Below are positions 20,534 to 30,656 of a stretch of DNA of 64,000 nt, piece after piece. Origin of the DNA: Myxococcota bacterium. GTDB taxonomy: Bacteria; Myxococcota_A; Polyangia; Polyangiales; Houyiibacteriaceae. The notes beneath the pieces were generated by a model. It saw only the letters and a list, made by a program, of their open reading frames with translations, did no database searches and was not told the DNA's origin. The translations under genes and the position numbers were made by a program. Within the stretch, counting starts at the first letter, position 1. Each line of letters starts with the position of its first letter. Location: positions 32,001 to 96,000 of the forward strand of contig JBCCEA010000005.1 in NCBI GenBank assembly GCA_039030515.1, written 5' to 3'.

Positions 20534-21410
20534 CCCAACGCAGCAGATCCTCCGTGTGCAGCTTTTTGGACGAGCACGGAGCCTTTGAGGCCCGACTCCT
20601 ATCGACTGCATGGAAAACCACAGTGGTTGACGCCGGGAGACCCCCCCCATAAACCAACAGGTCATTGGCGCTGTGGTCTTCCCGGGCTGCGAGATAGTGA
20701 TGAGAGCGCCCTGGAGCTTTTCTGAAGTCGTCCCTTCCCACCAAATTTGGGCGCACCCGCCAAGCAAAGCGGAGGGTCCTCCGTTATTCAGAACGATTTC
20801 GGTCCGAAAAGCACGGAGCGGCGAGGTTGCCGCCTGGTACGGCGTGGCAGGTCTTAAGCCGCCTATCGACCCGAGGGCGAAGTTCCGGAGGATGCTCAAA
20901 TTGCTTCCGCCCGACGTGAATGGGTTTCAAGGCATTTATGGGGAGGACGGCACCTTGGTTCTCCATCCTTCGCGGCACGTTGGACAGGTAGACGACTTCC
21001 ACGACGTCTATGATTGGGAGTTGGCCGTGCAGACACGGTGCATTTCTCAGGGTCTTGTCCCCAGGCAGCATGGACATGTTAAAGTCTTGTTTAAGCTCCT
21101 TGCACTCACGAATGGCATGACGCGGGTGAGCGGTCCTCAGCAGGAGCAAGCCGTGGAGGAACGTTTGAGATTCACTGAAGGGCAGATTCGCACGCGGGGA
21201 CTCGTGGGGTTTGCGTTTACTTTCAAACGCCGCCGCGATGGAGGATTCGATGGCACGTTGTACTGGACTTCACGGCAACTCAATTGCCTCATTCCAAATG
21301 CGGACGGCAGCGCTCCTCCTGAGGCAAGGCAGGCCATCGAGGTGGCGATGAGGGAGATCTTTCCGGGTACGCTCAGATCGGCTGCCCCCAATCCTCCCGG
21401 ATGCAAGTAA
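20396..21410 (+). CDS. Paralogue 2 of the orphan family, split by a +1 frameshift at a C8 run
   Basis: The 5' frame gives a hydrophobic helix, CAAFW and WLTPGDPP. Removing one C at 20641-20648 joins it to INQQVIGAVVFPGCE...QGIYG...HPS...HGH...WTSRQLNC...PPGCK. Confidence 0.75.
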
Positions 21411-21629
21411 ACGAGTCTGTGAAGCTGGCGCAGAGCCCAAGGCGCGCAGCCGCGATCGGGCAGGCGCTGGCACGATAGACTCCGACCCGTTCGACAGGCA
21501 ACAACTCGCGTCCTGCTGAGACGTCTATCGGTCTTCAAAGACAGGCTGCATCCTAATCAAACGCTGCCGACTCCTGGACCGGATAGCGCCACAGACCCGG
21601 CATGGCGCTTTCGCGCTAGGCTGTGCCGC

Positions 21630-22541
21630 ATGGACTTTGCCTTTCTATATGACGCGCTCATCGCGAAACTGAAGCTGTGGGCTGAAGGGCTCACGACGAT
21701 GTTGCCCAACGCGATGGTCGCCACTGCCGTCGTGATCGCATTTTGGCTGCTTTCAAAACTTGCCTACAAGGTGAGCCAAAAAACCCTTGAACGCATCCAG
21801 ACGAATAAGGCGGCTCGCTCGCTCATGAGTACCGCGGTGCGCGTGTCTGTATTTGGCGCGGGTATCGTCATAGCACTAGGCGTGCTAAATCTCGACAAGG
21901 CGCTCACCTCGATACTCGCAGGCGCAGGGGTGGTCGGCCTTGCTTTGGGATTTGCGTTTCAGGATCTCGCCGCAAACCTCATTTCCGGAATCGGTCTCGC
22001 GATGAATCAGGAGCTGCCGTTCAAAATCGGAGATGTGGTAGAGACCAACAATACCTTCGGCACGGTCAAGAGCATCGGACTAAGAACCTCTCTCATCCAC
22101 ACTCCGGACGGAAAGACCGTGGTCATTCCAAATAAGAATGTGTATCAGGATAAGGTCGTAAACTATAGCGCCGCTGGCCGAATACGCATCGACCTGAGCT
22201 GCGGCGTATCGTACGGAGACGACCTGCAAAAAGTGCAATCCGTGGCTCTAGAAGCGATGGAGCAATTATCCAGTCGCGATACGTCATTGCCCGTCGAATT
22301 CTACTTTCAGGGATTCGGCGATAGTTCGATCAACCTGCTCGCCTGTTTCTGGGTGCGGTACGAAAAACACGCCGACTACCTGAACGCGATGAGTGAAGCC
22401 GTAAAGCGCTTAAAGGGCGCCTTCGACGAGCACGACATCGTGATTCCGTTTCCCATTCGCACCCTGGACTTCGGAATCCGCGGTGGCGAGCCGCTTGCAA
22501 GTGTCTTGGCGCACAGAGCAGATCGATCGCCCGGCGCTTGA
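21630..22541 (+). CDS. mscS: Small-conductance mechanosensitive channel
   Basis: 'GAGVVGLALGFAFQD', 'PFKIGD', 'IPN', 'GFGDSSIN', 'IPFP'. Confidence 0.92.
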   Translation: MDFAFLYDALIAKLKLWAEGLTTMLPNAMVATAVVIAFWLLSKLAYKVSQKTLERIQTNKAARSLMSTAVRVSVFGAGIVIALGVLNLDKALTSILAGAGVVGLALGFAFQDLAANLISGIGLAMNQELPFKIGDVVETNNTFGTVKSIGLRTSLIHTPDGKTVVIPNKNVYQDKVVNYSAAGRIRIDLSCGVSYGDDLQKVQSVALEAMEQLSSRDTSLPVEFYFQGFGDSSINLLACFWVRYEKHADYLNAMSEAVKRLKGAFDEHDIVIPFPIRTLDFGIRGGEPLASVLAHRADRSPGA

Positions 22542-22598
22542 AATCAGGGGAAATCGGGTCAACTGGAGCCCAGAACGGAATGTTGTATATGATTGGGC

Positions 22599-23852
22599 AT
22601 GGAAGACCGAGCATTTATACCGCTCAATGACCCCAGCGTTCCGGGTAGATTTGTGCTTATCGGTAACCCTGATAAAGACGTCAATGGCTGTCTTGGGTAC
22701 AATAAAAACGATATGAGCACTGCCGCTTTGACGGGGTCCTCCGAAGCGGGAATGACTCTCGAAGCCTTACTCCGCACCGCACACCGCGCCGTCCGGGCAG
22801 CCAGGCATTTCGTTCCAAACCCCCTGAACCACTATGGTTCGCCAGTCCTGGGGTCACTCTACAACATGGAGCACATGCTGTTGGCTTTGAACTGGTATGG
22901 AAAAGAATATCTCGCAAAAAGTCTTCAAGCTAGGTTCAGTTTACCGAAAAGTGCCGCAGACACGATGGCTACCTACATCGCGGTTGCGAGCGCAGGCAGA
23001 GTGGGTGGCACAGGAGTATGCGATACTTATGCAGCTCTAGTGATGTTGCACCTGAGTGCATATGCTGAGGGGCCGTGTGTGATTTCAATGCGCTTCGTTG
23101 AGGCACCAGGTTACCCCAATACCGAGCACGCAATCGTGGAAGTAGAATCAGGGGGAAATCGGGTAGTGATCGATGCGTGGCCCGAAACGCCACGTGTGCT
23201 CCCTCCGGAACACACCCTCTATCCTTCGGATAAGTGCACATCTGTGATGGCAATACTCGTGGAGCAGCCAGGTCCGTTACTTTTGAAAATGCCGTTATTA
23301 GCGACTGGTCGTAGTGCTGAGAAGGCTCTTCACGAGAAAGCACACGAAATAGAACGGATAATACGGCGATCGGGAATAAGCCGGGACGCCCAGATTCCCG
23401 CAGATGAATTGTTTTCGGGCCCCATGATTCAGTCTAGCAACGCCACCCCAGTAAATGACGCGCATCGCGTTCGGCTAATGGCACTCCCGGAAATCAGGAG
23501 AACCAGGGAACCTCCGTGGCGTAGAGACCCGATGACTAAGTCACGCATGCCTCCAGGCGGAGCGGGACCGATCTTTGACCCTGCTTGGTGGGCAAACCAC
23601 CCATCCCCTTGGAATTCATCTTCATGGCTCGAACCGAGATCTATCCCGTCGCGCTCGATGCCTTTGGGTGAATCTTCCGCACTGCCGTCAACTCCGGGCT
23701 CATCCACTACGACGCCTCTTATAGCTCTTGCAACGATTTTTTTTGGAGCCCTACTGCATTATTGCCTCAAGAAAAAGCCCTCGGGCCCAACTTCAGCGAA
23801 TGGACGTGGAAGGAGTCCTGGGCCCCAGCCGCGACGTCGAGGTCGACGCTAA
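22599..23852 (+). CDS. Orphan with papain/transglutaminase-like Cys-His-Asp triad and C-terminal TM plus basic tail
   Basis: 'GVCDTYAA', 'EHAIVEV', 'VVIDAWP'; Pro/Ser-rich linker; 'LIALATIFFGALLHYCL-KKK...RRRGRR'. Confidence 0.65.
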   Translation: MEDRAFIPLNDPSVPGRFVLIGNPDKDVNGCLGYNKNDMSTAALTGSSEAGMTLEALLRTAHRAVRAARHFVPNPLNHYGSPVLGSLYNMEHMLLALNWYGKEYLAKSLQARFSLPKSAADTMATYIAVASAGRVGGTGVCDTYAALVMLHLSAYAEGPCVISMRFVEAPGYPNTEHAIVEVESGGNRVVIDAWPETPRVLPPEHTLYPSDKCTSVMAILVEQPGPLLLKMPLLATGRSAEKALHEKAHEIERIIRRSGISRDAQIPADELFSGPMIQSSNATPVNDAHRVRLMALPEIRRTREPPWRRDPMTKSRMPPGGAGPIFDPAWWANHPSPWNSSSWLEPRSIPSRSMPLGESSALPSTPGSSTTTPLIALATIFFGALLHYCLKKKPSGPTSANGRGRSPGPQPRRRGRR

Positions 23853-23884
23853 TAATCGTAGACGGACAATAATCGTAGACGGAC
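23851..23884. repeat. 17-bp tandem duplication
   Basis: AATAATCGTAGACGGAC x2. Confidence 0.9.
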
Positions 23885-23971
23885 GAAGCGATCCCTCTGC
23901 CTGGTCAGGCAAGCCGAACGACCCCGCCCACAAGTCGCAGTCGAGGATCATGCATGCTCACATGGCAGACA

Positions 23972-24138
23972 GGGTAACCAGGGCGCGTCCTGGACACACC
24001 GCACTGGGTACGGACGTCTGAGCCTGCTGGTGGGTGCTGTGACGTGGGCGCGTCCTGGACAAGCCGTACCAGGAACGGTGGATTGGGTTCGCTGTGACCA
24101 AGGAGCGTCCTGGACAACTCGTACCAGGTACGGTGAAT
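23972..24138 (-). repeat. Cluster of three degenerate ~45-bp repeats (copies of the dispersed motif)
   Basis: GCGTCCTGGACA recurs at about 23985, 24050 and 24105; core palindrome CGTACC-A-GGTACG at 24120-24132. Confidence 0.75.
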
Positions 24139-24196
24139 TAGAACCTGCAGCGTCAGAATCGATCGGATTGCGTCGGACTGTGGCGCTACCGTCGCA

Positions 24197-24793
24197 CTAC
24201 TCTGGCCGGAACAGCTCCGAACTGATCATCCGCAGCATCAAAGGGCCAAGACGGTCGAACAGACTTGGATCGCGGGTGCCCATGAGCGCTACTCCCTGCG
24301 CAAAAGCCATGAACGCTTCCGCCATGGTGGACACGTCGGTCCCCATCTCAAGCTCGCCCTCATCCACAGCCCGCTCAAAGGCGCGCCGGAGCGCACGCAA
24401 AACCCGCTGGCGAAAGTTCACGAGCACCCGCTCTGCCTCCGGATCTTTGCCGTCCAGCTCGGCGAGGGCTTTGCCGAAGAAGCAACCAGGATTGCCGTGC
24501 TTGGCCTGTTCCTGATGCTTCGCCGCAAAAGCGCGTGCGAGGCGCGTCTCGAGGGAACCTTCTCCGCAGAGCGCCTCGATAAAATCGCCAATCGTCTCGT
24601 CGGTCCACGCCTTGAGCGCTTCGAGATAAAGCGCTCTTTTGTCCCCAAAAGTAGCGTACATACTCGAGCGACTGATCCCCATAGCCGAGAGCAGTTGCTC
24701 CACTGAAGTCGCTTCATACCCCTGAATCCAAAACACCTCGACAGCGCGGGCAAGCGCAGTTTCGTGGTCGAACTTCTTCGGCGAGCCGGACAT
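24197..24793 (-). CDS. TetR-family transcriptional regulator
   Basis: 'MSGSPKKFD...FWIQGYEATS...MGISRSSMYATFGDKRALY', 'GCF'. Confidence 0.92.
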   Translation of the reverse strand: MSGSPKKFDHETALARAVEVFWIQGYEATSVEQLLSAMGISRSSMYATFGDKRALYLEALKAWTDETIGDFIEALCGEGSLETRLARAFAAKHQEQAKHGNPGCFFGKALAELDGKDPEAERVLVNFRQRVLRALRRAFERAVDEGELEMGTDVSTMAEAFMAFAQGVALMGTRDPSLFDRLGPLMLRMISSELFRPE

Positions 24794-24940
24794 CAGAAGC
24801 GAAGCGCCGAAACATTTCTTGCGTAAGAAGCGACCATACCCAAAGCATGCTTCTGCAGACGAACCAGTCAAGCGTCTCCGCAGAGTTCGCAAAGAGACCC
24901 CGAAGCCACCTTCGCCAGGCTGGACACGAGCAAAGATCTC

Positions 24941-25116
24941 CGGAACGGACATTCCGCGCGCACTGCATCGAGAAAGCGTAGTCCTTTTGCCGCGGAGGTT
25001 CGCCTCCATCTTCGGAGCTGAAACGTTTCAAATGAGTCCATTCCTTAAGTGCACCCGAGCCTCATCGAATTGGCTTGCGCTAGTCCGCCGGGGAGTGCAC
25101 ATGGAACGAGCGTTCC
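24941..25116. promoter_or_regulatory. Candidate TetR operators in the divergent intergenic region
   Basis: CGGAACGGACATTCCG (24941-24956) and GGAACGAGCGTTCC (25103-25116) share GGAACG-N2-CRTTCC; palindrome TGAAACGTTTCA at 25019-25030. Confidence 0.55.
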
Positions 25117-25136
25117 CAAACTCCGATGGAGCACTG

Positions 25137-28085
25137 ATGAAACCCTCCAACACCATCTTGGTTCTATATCGATTTCGATGGCCGCTAGCGCTTCTTGCAC
25201 TTGCCGTCACCTTTTTTCTTATGAACACCGGCATGGGGCAGGTGGGAGCATTTTCAGATCGCGTCACCTCGCTTCGATCCGTCCCGCCTGAGGTGAGCCC
25301 ACCACCTAGGATGTTCGATCCGCGAACCGACATCTGGTTCGACCCTGAGGACTCCGGACTCAAGACGTTTTACGAAGTAGAAGACAAGTTCATCGCTGAA
25401 GACATTGTGGTCATTGCGTTTGAAGAAACAGAAGACCCTTGGGGAGTTTTCGGCACCAAAGCCCTGACGACGATTGCCGAGCTGAGCAGTGCGATCGAAA
25501 AGGTTCCCGGAGTGCGCAATGTTCGCAGCCTCACGACCAACCCGTGGATACGCTTTGGCGAGGCTGGACCGGGTGAGGAGGGCCTGATCGTCGGCGACCT
25601 CTTCGAACGTGATCCCAATTCATATTCGGAAGACGAACGCCTCGAGCGAATGATCGCGATTGTCGGGGCAGAAAACGCCGCAAATCGAATAGGAGAAGAG
25701 CGCGTCAAGGCACTGCTGGGTTCAAGCGCCGACTTCTCCAACTACATCGGGGAGCCGAGGCTTCTGGACGCGGTGGTCAACGCGGAAGCGAGCACCACCG
25801 CACTGATGATCTCTATTCTTCGTCCAAGGCCGTCGCCGGATGAACTCGACTCGGCTTTTGCGGATGCGCCACCAAGGGAGCGAGACGTAGGCCCCGCAAT
25901 CCACGTGATGGAGACGCAGGCGGAAACGGTGGGCGCCATCGAGAGGATCCTCGCAGAGCATCCAGAGTATGCGTTTCACTCAGCCGGCATTCCGCTTTTC
26001 GAAAGAGAGTTCTTTCGGGTCGGACAGTCAGACATGGCCTACGTAGGCCTGATGTTCGTCGCGATCGGGCTCATCCTGAGCTTGATCTTCCGCCGAGTCG
26101 GTGCTGTCGCTGTGCCGCTATTGATCGTATTCATGTCGATTATGGCGATGGTCGGAACCATTTTCACGCTCGGCGACCTGCTCAACAACCTAACCGCGGC
26201 GGCTCCGGTGATGGTCACGGCCGTCGGCATTGCGGATGCGGTCCATCTGATCACTTCGTACTACTTGCTGCGTCCGCAGTATGACGACAAACACGCCCTT
26301 ATTTCTGCAGTGCTCGCGAAAAATGCACTGCCGGTGTTTCTCACTTCACTGACGACCTCGATCGGATTCTTCTCTCTGATGACCGGAGAGATCATACCGA
26401 TTCAAATGCTGGGATATGCCGCAGGCGTGGGCACCATATCCGCGTATCTGCTCTCGATGACCGTGATTCCCGCCATGCTCTCCTTGCTCCCTCTGTCAAA
26501 GAGCCAAGCGCCAAAGAGCCAGGCGCCTAAAAACAAAGAGCGGTCTTCTGCTGAGAATACGGGTTCGGGCGCGGGCGAGGAGTTGAAACCGGCAGAGGCC
26601 ACGCGGGGGGACGAACAAAATGCCTCTCCGCTCTGGGCCGATCGCTTGGTTGCATTGGTGCTGCGCCACAGGGTGCCTTTTATCAGCGGAGCAGTCTTGA
26701 CGATCGCTCTTTCGATTTTTGGCATGTCGCGTATCGAGATGTCCTCGGACATGCGCATGATGTTTCCGGCAGACAATCGGATCATCAGCGATGTGCACTG
26801 GATCGAAGCGCGGCTCGGCGGCGCAAGCGATCTGGAGATCATCTTCAACGGCCCTCCGATCGACGCCAACGAAGAACAGCTTCGTCAAAGCGCGGCACGC
26901 CTCGAAGAGCTCGAGCTGAGGCAGCTTTCCTCCGAAAGCACGATGTCGAGCACAGAACGCGCAGAACTCAGGACACTGCGCGCGCAAAGAGATGAAGTGA
27001 GACGAAGGCGAATCGCCACATCGCAAAGATTCCTGGAGCAGATCGATGGTTTTCAGACCCGTCTCCAAGAAGAGGCGAAGAATCCAGAATCTCCCCTTCG
27101 CGTGCTCAGCAACTTCGACAGCGCCATCGCGGTGCTGCGTAAGATGCACCAGGTGCAAAACGAAAATGAGGCAAATTACTATCGGGTTCCGGACGAAAAC
27201 GACGTACCTGAACAGGCAAGAAGACCCGTAGTTCAGTACGACGACATCCTTGAGGAATCGAGCTTAATCCCGGGACAAGATGCATCCACCCTGGTCTCTC
27301 AGTACTATTTGCAGTACGAGAACGGAGCGAAACCAGCAGAGAACCTATCGACACTGGTGTCCTCTGACCGGCAGTCGTTTCGTATCCAGGTGCGCACCCG
27401 AACAGCAGCCACTTCGGTGTTGCTCGCCGCATTCGACAGAATCCGGGAGATCCTAAGTACTGAGTTTCCTGAGCTCGATGGAAATGAAGCCACGGTCGAG
27501 TCGGGAGAGGCATACGCGTCAGCGACACTGACCGGCAAACAGTATTTGTTTACCAATATGTTTCAGAGCTTCTCAAACACCTTGATCGTCTCTTTGACGA
27601 CTGCTCTTATTGCGATCACTTTGGTCATCGCGGTCGTGTATCGATCGATTTGGATCGCTTTGATCAGCTTGGTTCCCAACGTCCTTCCGATCGTCATTCC
27701 CCTTGGTTTCTTCGGTCTGGTCGGCAAACCTCTCGACGGTCCAGCAGTCATCGTCGCGACGGTGGCTCTCGGCGTATGCGTGGACGACACGATACATTTC
27801 TTGACCAAGTTCACGAGATCTCGACTCACGATGAACATCGAAGATGCGCTTCGAGCCACCTTTCGTGAAGTTGGGCCCGCGCTCACCTGGACCACAATGG
27901 TGCTGGTAGCGGGTTTCGGCGTGCTTTCGCTGAGCACGTTCCGGCCCAATATGCTGATCGGAGTTTTGGGAGCGATCATCGTAGCTCTGGCCTGGGCGGC
28001 CGACTTCCTGGTCACGCCCGCGATTCTCTCCTACCTCGATCGCTCAGAGCCCGAACAGGTTCTGCAGCCACAGCCAGCAGAATAA
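25137..28085 (+). CDS. MMPL/RND-family transporter
   Basis: Two TM bundles with 'VGIADAVH', 'LTSLTTSIGF', 'LGVCVDDTIHF'; two periplasmic domains. Confidence 0.9.
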   Translation: MKPSNTILVLYRFRWPLALLALAVTFFLMNTGMGQVGAFSDRVTSLRSVPPEVSPPPRMFDPRTDIWFDPEDSGLKTFYEVEDKFIAEDIVVIAFEETEDPWGVFGTKALTTIAELSSAIEKVPGVRNVRSLTTNPWIRFGEAGPGEEGLIVGDLFERDPNSYSEDERLERMIAIVGAENAANRIGEERVKALLGSSADFSNYIGEPRLLDAVVNAEASTTALMISILRPRPSPDELDSAFADAPPRERDVGPAIHVMETQAETVGAIERILAEHPEYAFHSAGIPLFEREFFRVGQSDMAYVGLMFVAIGLILSLIFRRVGAVAVPLLIVFMSIMAMVGTIFTLGDLLNNLTAAAPVMVTAVGIADAVHLITSYYLLRPQYDDKHALISAVLAKNALPVFLTSLTTSIGFFSLMTGEIIPIQMLGYAAGVGTISAYLLSMTVIPAMLSLLPLSKSQAPKSQAPKNKERSSAENTGSGAGEELKPAEATRGDEQNASPLWADRLVALVLRHRVPFISGAVLTIALSIFGMSRIEMSSDMRMMFPADNRIISDVHWIEARLGGASDLEIIFNGPPIDANEEQLRQSAARLEELELRQLSSESTMSSTERAELRTLRAQRDEVRRRRIATSQRFLEQIDGFQTRLQEEAKNPESPLRVLSNFDSAIAVLRKMHQVQNENEANYYRVPDENDVPEQARRPVVQYDDILEESSLIPGQDASTLVSQYYLQYENGAKPAENLSTLVSSDRQSFRIQVRTRTAATSVLLAAFDRIREILSTEFPELDGNEATVESGEAYASATLTGKQYLFTNMFQSFSNTLIVSLTTALIAITLVIAVVYRSIWIALISLVPNVLPIVIPLGFFGLVGKPLDGPAVIVATVALGVCVDDTIHFLTKFTRSRLTMNIEDALRATFREVGPALTWTTMVLVAGFGVLSLSTFRPNMLIGVLGAIIVALAWAADFLVTPAILSYLDRSEPEQVLQPQPAE

Positions 28086-28096
28086 ACCGCGTTCTG

Positions 28097-29047
28097 ATGC
28101 GTAAGGAATCTAGGATGAAACGAAACCAAACGACCCCACGTCTTTTGCACACTTCTTCTTCGCTGCTCTGCATCGCGATCGGGATGCTCGCCGTCATGCT
28201 TGCAGATGTATCCAAAGTGGCGATTGCGGACGAGAACACGTCCGGAGTTCCGGTACCCCAACAGCCAAACTGGCAAAGGCAAGGGGACCCGGCTTCCTTT
28301 GGACGCCAAATCGCCACCTACGCAGATCGCTTCGACGCCGGATGGATCGACTCCTATTCGCAGTCCAAAATGACACTCTTCGATGCAGGCGGGGATAAGG
28401 TCACCCGAGATGTGCGCCAGCAGGTGCTGGAAGGAACTCGTGGAGACAAGTCCCTGGTACGCTTCATGACGCCGGCAGACATCCGCGGAGTCGCAGCGCT
28501 CACGCACGAACATCCCTCTGCAACCGACGATAGCTGGCTCTACCTTCCTGCAACGCGACGGGTGCGACGTGTTTCAGGAGCGAACCGGACCGCAAGCTTT
28601 CAAGGAACCGAGTTTACCTACGAGGATCTATCGAGTCTCATCGTGAGTCGATATGAATGGCGCTTTCTTTCTGAAGAGACGATCACGGTCGACGGTGAGC
28701 AGGCACAGGTGTACCGGCTTGAGGCCCGACCAACCTACGAAAACACCGGATACGCCAAAATCATCATCGACTACCATAAAGAGTATTTTCGCGTCGAACG
28801 CATGGAGTACTACGATCGAGCGGGACAGCGACTCAAGACTCTGGTTAATTCGCGCTGGAAACGGTTTCATGGACGCTTCTGGCGCGCAATGCAGCTCGAC
28901 ATGAACAACTATCAAACCGGCAAACGCACTCTTCTCGAGAGCCGCGCTTTCTTCGTCAACCTTTCTCTTTACAATCGCCGCGATGGAACACCTCGCGACA
29001 ACCTGAATGAACAACAATTTACACGACGAGCGCTTGAAAACGGCTAA
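28097..29047 (+). CDS. Outer-membrane lipoprotein-sorting (LolA-like) protein
   Basis: 'FMTPADIRG', 'WLYLPATRRVRRVS', 'SFQGTEFTYEDL', 'YYDRAG..LK'. Confidence 0.85.
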   Translation: MRKESRMKRNQTTPRLLHTSSSLLCIAIGMLAVMLADVSKVAIADENTSGVPVPQQPNWQRQGDPASFGRQIATYADRFDAGWIDSYSQSKMTLFDAGGDKVTRDVRQQVLEGTRGDKSLVRFMTPADIRGVAALTHEHPSATDDSWLYLPATRRVRRVSGANRTASFQGTEFTYEDLSSLIVSRYEWRFLSEETITVDGEQAQVYRLEARPTYENTGYAKIIIDYHKEYFRVERMEYYDRAGQRLKTLVNSRWKRFHGRFWRAMQLDMNNYQTGKRTLLESRAFFVNLSLYNRRDGTPRDNLNEQQFTRRALENG

Positions 29048-30539
29048 GAGCGCTTTGACCGAAGCGAACAGCACAGCTACCGGAGCGCACCGATCGCTTG
29101 CTGCGGGTGCGCTCCTTTGCTGTCTGGCTCATTATGTGAGCGGGTTTATGGACGCGCAGGCGCAAGCGCATCCTGATTCACGCGATGCGCAGAGTTCTGA
29201 ATCCGTCTCGGATCCCGACCCGCTCGATGAACTAGATGCGCTCGATGAACTAGATGCGCTCGACGAACTAGATGCGCTCGACGAACTAGACGCGATAGGC
29301 ACGGCGGAGTCGGGGTTTGGGGTACGGACCGTCAAGGCATTCATCGGCAGCGAATTTCGATCATACTTCGACGATAGAGACGGTCCGCAAAACGACGAGC
29401 AGCTGATATTCGATAGCGAACTTGAGCTGGACCTGCGTCTAGGGGGCAACTTCTATCTCTTTGCGCGACCGAGACTCCTCATCGATACGCTCGACACAGA
29501 TCTCTATCGATACGAACCTCTCGAGGGCTACCTTTCCTATGACGGAGAGCGATTCGGTGTTCTGGTGGGGCAACTGATCGAAAACTGGGGCATTGCCGAG
29601 GCGTTTAATCCGGTGGATATCTTGAATAGACGCGATCTTGCCGTCGATTTTCTCGACCCCGATCCACTGGGCGAGCTTACGCTTAGACTGCAGTTTCAGG
29701 GCCAAGGCAATGAGGTTCTCGGACAGCCGGTGCTCAGCGGCTACCTGCTTCCCTACTGGAGGAATACGCGACTGCCGACTCCCGATTCGCGATTCACCCC
29801 CAGAGACGGCGTCACGAATTTAAGAAGCTCAGGTGGCGAGGAGCCCAATGCCGCCGAGGGAATCTTCGCGGCGATCCGCTTGGAGCACACCCTCAACACC
29901 GCTCTCTTCAACGCGGATGTACAGTACATTGCGGCACGTGGGCCCGATCGCGTGCCTCTCTTTACCCCGGCAGCTCGCTCGGACGGTGGATTCGATTTGA
30001 TCCCTGCATATTACGGGGCTTGGTTTTTTGGAGGAGGAATGCGGGCGGTACCCAACTCGGGTGTGCTCTCGAAGTTCACCTTCAAACTCGAGCTTGCGTA
30101 TCGGGAACCCTACCTCTTTGACGACTCGACCATCGGCACCCCAGAAAACTATCTGCAGTACACCACCGGCTTCGATGCTCAAGCTACCAACCTGTTCACA
30201 GAGCGAGATCAGTTGCTCGTCACCATCGAGTACCTCGGTGAACAGCTCGCGGATGATGCGGCGAGCGATCTGCGTCTCTTTCGGAGCGACTTTGCGACCC
30301 GGCTTTTCTGGGAGGCGCAGGACTTTGCACGCACTTCCTTGGAACTGGTGGGCATTGTCGACTGGAAAACCGGAGAGCTCATTCTAAGCACCGCCTTTCA
30401 AAGGCAGCTCCGCCGCATCCATGACGACCTGCAGTTAAATGTAGAGCTTCAGTACTTTCATATCGGTGACGACCAGGAAATCCTGGGTTTGTTTCCCAAC
30501 AACACCCGGGCGATCGTAAGACTTCAGGCGGATTTTTAA
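29007..30539 (+). CDS. Putative outer-membrane beta-barrel partner of the MMPL system
   Basis: 'GQLIENWG...NPVD.LN' motif, alternating strands, C-terminal Phe. Start uncertain. Confidence 0.7.
   Translation: MNNNLHDERLKTAKSALTEANSTATGAHRSLAAGALLCCLAHYVSGFMDAQAQAHPDSRDAQSSESVSDPDPLDELDALDELDALDELDALDELDAIGTAESGFGVRTVKAFIGSEFRSYFDDRDGPQNDEQLIFDSELELDLRLGGNFYLFARPRLLIDTLDTDLYRYEPLEGYLSYDGERFGVLVGQLIENWGIAEAFNPVDILNRRDLAVDFLDPDPLGELTLRLQFQGQGNEVLGQPVLSGYLLPYWRNTRLPTPDSRFTPRDGVTNLRSSGGEEPNAAEGIFAAIRLEHTLNTALFNADVQYIAARGPDRVPLFTPAARSDGGFDLIPAYYGAWFFGGGMRAVPNSGVLSKFTFKLELAYREPYLFDDSTIGTPENYLQYTTGFDAQATNLFTERDQLLVTIEYLGEQLADDAASDLRLFRSDFATRLFWEAQDFARTSLELVGIVDWKTGELILSTAFQRQLRRIHDDLQLNVELQYFHIGDDQEILGLFPNNTRAIVRLQADF
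29223..29294 (+). repeat. 18-bp coding tandem repeat x4 (LDELDA)
   Basis: CTCGAYGAACTAGAYGCG x4. Confidence 0.95.
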
Positions 30540-30656
30540 TTCGCTCGCGGACGCATATCGAAACAGGCGACTGCTTGGACCGGCCTCCGCTGCAGAACAT
30601 CAAAGTCCCTGCATCACAGCCTCTGCATCACAGTCGGCCCCTGCATCACGATACAT

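Noticed and set aside
23972..24138. Possible CRISPR mini-array
   Set aside because: Only three degenerate units with short, unequal spacers and no cas genes; kept as a dispersed repeat.
24794..25136. Overlapping 5' extensions of the tetR and MMPL ORFs
   Set aside because: Homologous domains begin at 24793 and about 25137; the interval reads as a divergent promoter region.
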